Source: Methanopyrus kandleri AV19 (GTDB lineage: Archaea; JAADCQ01; Methanopyri; Methanopyrales; Methanopyraceae). Taken from it: a stretch of 32,000 bases of DNA. A model generated the notes under the pieces. The model did no database searches. It was not told the DNA's origin and saw nothing but the letters and a program-made list of their open reading frames with translations. The position numbers and the translations under genes are program-made. The stretch is from NCBI RefSeq assembly GCF_000007185.1, contig NC_003551.1:870001-902000 (forward strand), written 5' to 3'. Positions 29,633 through 32,000 of this stretch are shown piece after piece (the first letter of the stretch is position 1; every line of letters begins with the position of its first letter).

Positions 29633-30397
29633 TCATCCCCCCGCCAGCTCGGCCGCCAGTCGCAACGCCCGTGCGTAACCCGACGCCCGCTGCGCTCGTG
29701 AGGTATCCACGAACACCACACCTCGTTCGAGCGCCGCCAGCACCGGTGCCCCATGACTCCGGAAGCCCGCCACCAGCGACAGGCACCGGAACGTCAGGTT
29801 CCCCAGCACCCCGTTCACGAACAGTACGACGTCACGTTCCAGTGCTTCCTCCACCAGAATTCCGACGTGTTCCACCTCCATCCCGCGCTCCTTCAACAGC
29901 CGCGCGACCAACTCCCCGTCCGCCAACCACCTGTCGATCTCCGACCGCCTACCGAAGTCCTCCAGTCGTCCCGAGGACACCACTGCGACCGACGGTTCCC
30001 TCCGAGTCAGCCGTCGGTGGAACCTCGCGGCCAGCTCCCCTAACTTCACCAAGGATTCCACCTCCCATCCCTCGTCGATCCCCACCGGGGCCAGCAGCAC
30101 CCGTCGACCCTCCGCTTCGAGCACCGTCGACCGGCCCGTGAACGGTAGGTCCAGTGCGTCGACAAGCTCCCGTACACACCGTCCCGATACCGCCCCCCGC
30201 ACCGCCGCGTCCAACCTACCCTCGACGAGGTCCTCCACCAACGCCCGCCCCGGGTCCTTCGCGCGTACTTCCTCCACATCCGCGTCGAGCTCGACGTTGT
30301 GGTACACCACGACGTCCACGTCCGCGCGTTCCACGGCTTCCAGCACGCGCTCCGCGGCACCAGGCACGTCGCCGGACAGCGCTATCCCGACCCTCAT
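29633..30397 (-). CDS. MtxX-like / methanogenesis-marker-4-like protein (phosphotransacylase-related)
   Basis: C-terminal VVLFVNGVLGNLTFRCLSLVAGFRSHGAPVL resembles PTA/PTB-like folds in the MtxX family; ATG 30397 with GGGGGTG upstream. Confidence 0.65.
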   Translation of the reverse strand: MRVGIALSGDVPGAAERVLEAVERADVDVVVYHNVELDADVEEVRAKDPGRALVEDLVEGRLDAAVRGAVSGRCVRELVDALDLPFTGRSTVLEAEGRRVLLAPVGIDEGWEVESLVKLGELAARFHRRLTRREPSVAVVSSGRLEDFGRRSEIDRWLADGELVARLLKERGMEVEHVGILVEEALERDVVLFVNGVLGNLTFRCLSLVAGFRSHGAPVLAALERGVVFVDTSRAQRASGYARALRLAAELAGG

Positions 30398-30992
30398 ACG
30401 GACACCCCCGGCGACCTCCACCCCTCCCGGAGAACTTACCGTCCACGGTCCGACAGCGACCGGCTCGGGCACGCGACCGCGCTCCCTGATGACCGTCCGG
30501 GGCGCCCCTCCGACGCGTGGCTGAACGTCACACGTCTCCGTGCGTCACGACGGCATCGCTATTAACCGGCGGGCCCACCCGGGACCTCCCGGGAGGGTGA
30601 GGAGAGACGGCCCTGGCCGACGTCGATGAGGAGGCTCGGGCAATTCCGACGGCCTCGCCCTCTCGGATTCCCTCGAGAGGCGACGGTCGGTAGTACCACT
30701 TACGTACGGCTTCCGCACGGTCGTCGAAGGACCGTATGGTGGTCTACGTATTACCATCCGGCTATCGTCGTATAGTGGGTGCGATCTACCACTACGGTCT
30801 ACGTACGGCTCGCATACCGTCGGCGCATCGTCGTCCGACGGTTACGGGACGGTTGGGTCGGTGAAGGGCATCGCAGCGACCGCCCTGCCGACCGTCCGAA
30901 ACGCCACGTGTTTGGCGGAAAAGGAACCTGTTTCTGAAATCTATTCGCGTTGGAGCCGGTGTAGTCCCAGGATTGGCGGTACGATGAGTTCT

Positions 30993-31520
30993 TCAGAGGA
31001 TCTCCCAGCGTCGGTCGAACGCGTTCCACTGGAGATGAACGCGACGTCTTCGGGCTTTCCGGATGATCCGCTCGGTTTCTTCGGGCCCCTCGGTCTCGGC
31101 CGCGGTGGCCGCACCGTGGACCGCCCAACCGTCGCCGAACAGGGAACCGTCGGGAAGCGGTGTCGCACGGTACCGGGTTGCGAGACTCCAGAGTCGACCG
31201 AATGGATAGCGATCGGGTGGGTTACGAGCCACGACGGTGGGAATGCCCTCGGGACCGGTCAGCTCGAGGCCGAGCTCGACGGCCTTCATCACGGTCTCCG
31301 GCTCCACGTCGACGAGTAGCACGGCGGCTAGGAGCAGGCGGTGTCGGTACACCAGCATAGCGTGCGGTCGGAGGTCGAGGGTGAGACGGCGCTGGAGGAA
31401 GCGATCGAGGAACGTCGCCGCTACCCTTCGAGCTTCCGGCGGCGGTTCCCCCTCGATCCTGTCCCTCCAAACCCGGGAATCACGCCGCAGCAGGATTCGA
31501 AACAGGAGGGCTCCCCCCAC
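30993..31520 (-). CDS. Hypothetical protein, 175 aa
   Basis: Coherent ORF; [52 protein letters not shown] reads like a real domain; competing plus-strand ORF is Arg/Ser/Pro-rich. Confidence 0.55.
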   Translation of the reverse strand: MGGALLFRILLRRDSRVWRDRIEGEPPPEARRVAATFLDRFLQRRLTLDLRPHAMLVYRHRLLLAAVLLVDVEPETVMKAVELGLELTGPEGIPTVVARNPPDRYPFGRLWSLATRYRATPLPDGSLFGDGWAVHGAATAAETEGPEETERIIRKARRRRVHLQWNAFDRRWEIL

Positions 31521-31573
31521 GGAGCGGTGGACGTTTTAACGTCCGAGGTCACGGGGCGCCGGGGGTGCGTGCG

Positions 31574-32000
31574 ATGTCGCGGGTGGTTCTCGCGTATTCA
31601 GGAGGCTTGGATACCTCGGTTTGCATCGAGCTCCTGCGGGAGCGGTACGGGTACGACGAGGTGATCACGGTGACCGCGGACGTGGGTCAGCCGGAGGAGG
31701 AGCTGCGGGAGGCGGAGGAGAAGGCACGGAAGCTCGCGGATGAGCACTTCACGGTCGACTGTGTGGACGAGTTCGTGTGTGAGTACTGCTGGCGAGCCGT
31801 GAAGGCGAACGCGACGTACGAGGGGTACCCTCTGAGCACGGCGCTGGCCCGACCGCTGATCGCGCAGAAGGTCCTGGAAGTGGCGCGTGATGTGGACGCG
31901 GACGCGGTCGCACACGGGTGCACGGGGAAGGGCAACGACCAGTTCCGGTTCGAGTCGTATTTGCGGGCGCACGGCGGTGAGGAGTTCGAGATCGTGGCTC
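31574..32000 (+). CDS. argG: Argininosuccinate synthase (truncated by window end)
   Basis: ATG TCG CGG... [44 protein letters not shown]...[15 protein letters not shown]; SD-like GGGGGTG upstream; not in ORF track because it runs off the edge. Confidence 0.95.
   Translation, partial: MSRVVLAYSGGLDTSVCIELLRERYGYDEVITVTADVGQPEEELREAEEKARKLADEHFTVDCVDEFVCEYCWRAVKANATYEGYPLSTALARPLIAQKVLEVARDVDADAVAHGCTGKGNDQFRFESYLRAHGGEEFEIVA

Noticed and set aside
29243-30141. Plus-strand ORFs 29243..29701 and 29560..30141
   Set aside because: Pro/Arg/Ser/Thr-rich shadow ORFs antisense to the methyltransferase and MtxX-like genes.
31598-31972. 124-aa minus-strand ORF
   Set aside because: Antisense to argG, which has unmistakable motifs and starts at 31574.

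Overview
This 32-kb window is a GC-rich, hyperthermophilic methanogen chromosome. The gene content (F420-reducing hydrogenase, CDAT8-type tRNA deaminase, tRNA with C8, MurT-like ligase, MtxX-like protein) points strongly to Methanopyrus kandleri. Main contents in order: (1) a left-end block of poorly characterised membrane and secreted proteins with an AT-rich patch, running into nucleotide-sugar and surface-glycan genes (NTP transferase, SIS-domain protein, GtrA, phosphomannomutase); (2) topoisomerase VI subunit B; (3) a CRISPR-type CARF protein, convergent and 11 bp overlapping with a 61-codon ORF that carries an isolated HEPN-like RNxxAH motif; (4) an intron-containing tRNA-Asn(GTT) encoding C at position 8; (5) a secreted GATase1-like protein and a MurT-like Mur ligase; (6) a fruA-fruG-fruB hydrogenase operon. 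In fruA the apparent stop is an in-frame UGA (selenocysteine) followed by the missing C-terminal metal-ligand motif, with a textbook archaeal SECIS hairpin after the real stop. The Sec/SECIS segment is flanked by a perfect 59-bp direct repeat, one copy of which spans the fruG start codon; (7) ksgA followed by the tRNA C8-to-U8 deaminase CDAT8; (8) a CBS-domain gene interrupted by an in-frame TAG; (9) dtdA, a Trm5/TYW2-like methyltransferase, an MtxX-like protein and the start of argG. No CRISPR array, transposon or rRNA was seen. The strongest leads are the split CARF/HEPN locus, the repeat-bracketed Sec/SECIS segment, and the amber-interrupted CBS gene. All calls are from reading the sequence and ORF translations; no database search or folding program was run.
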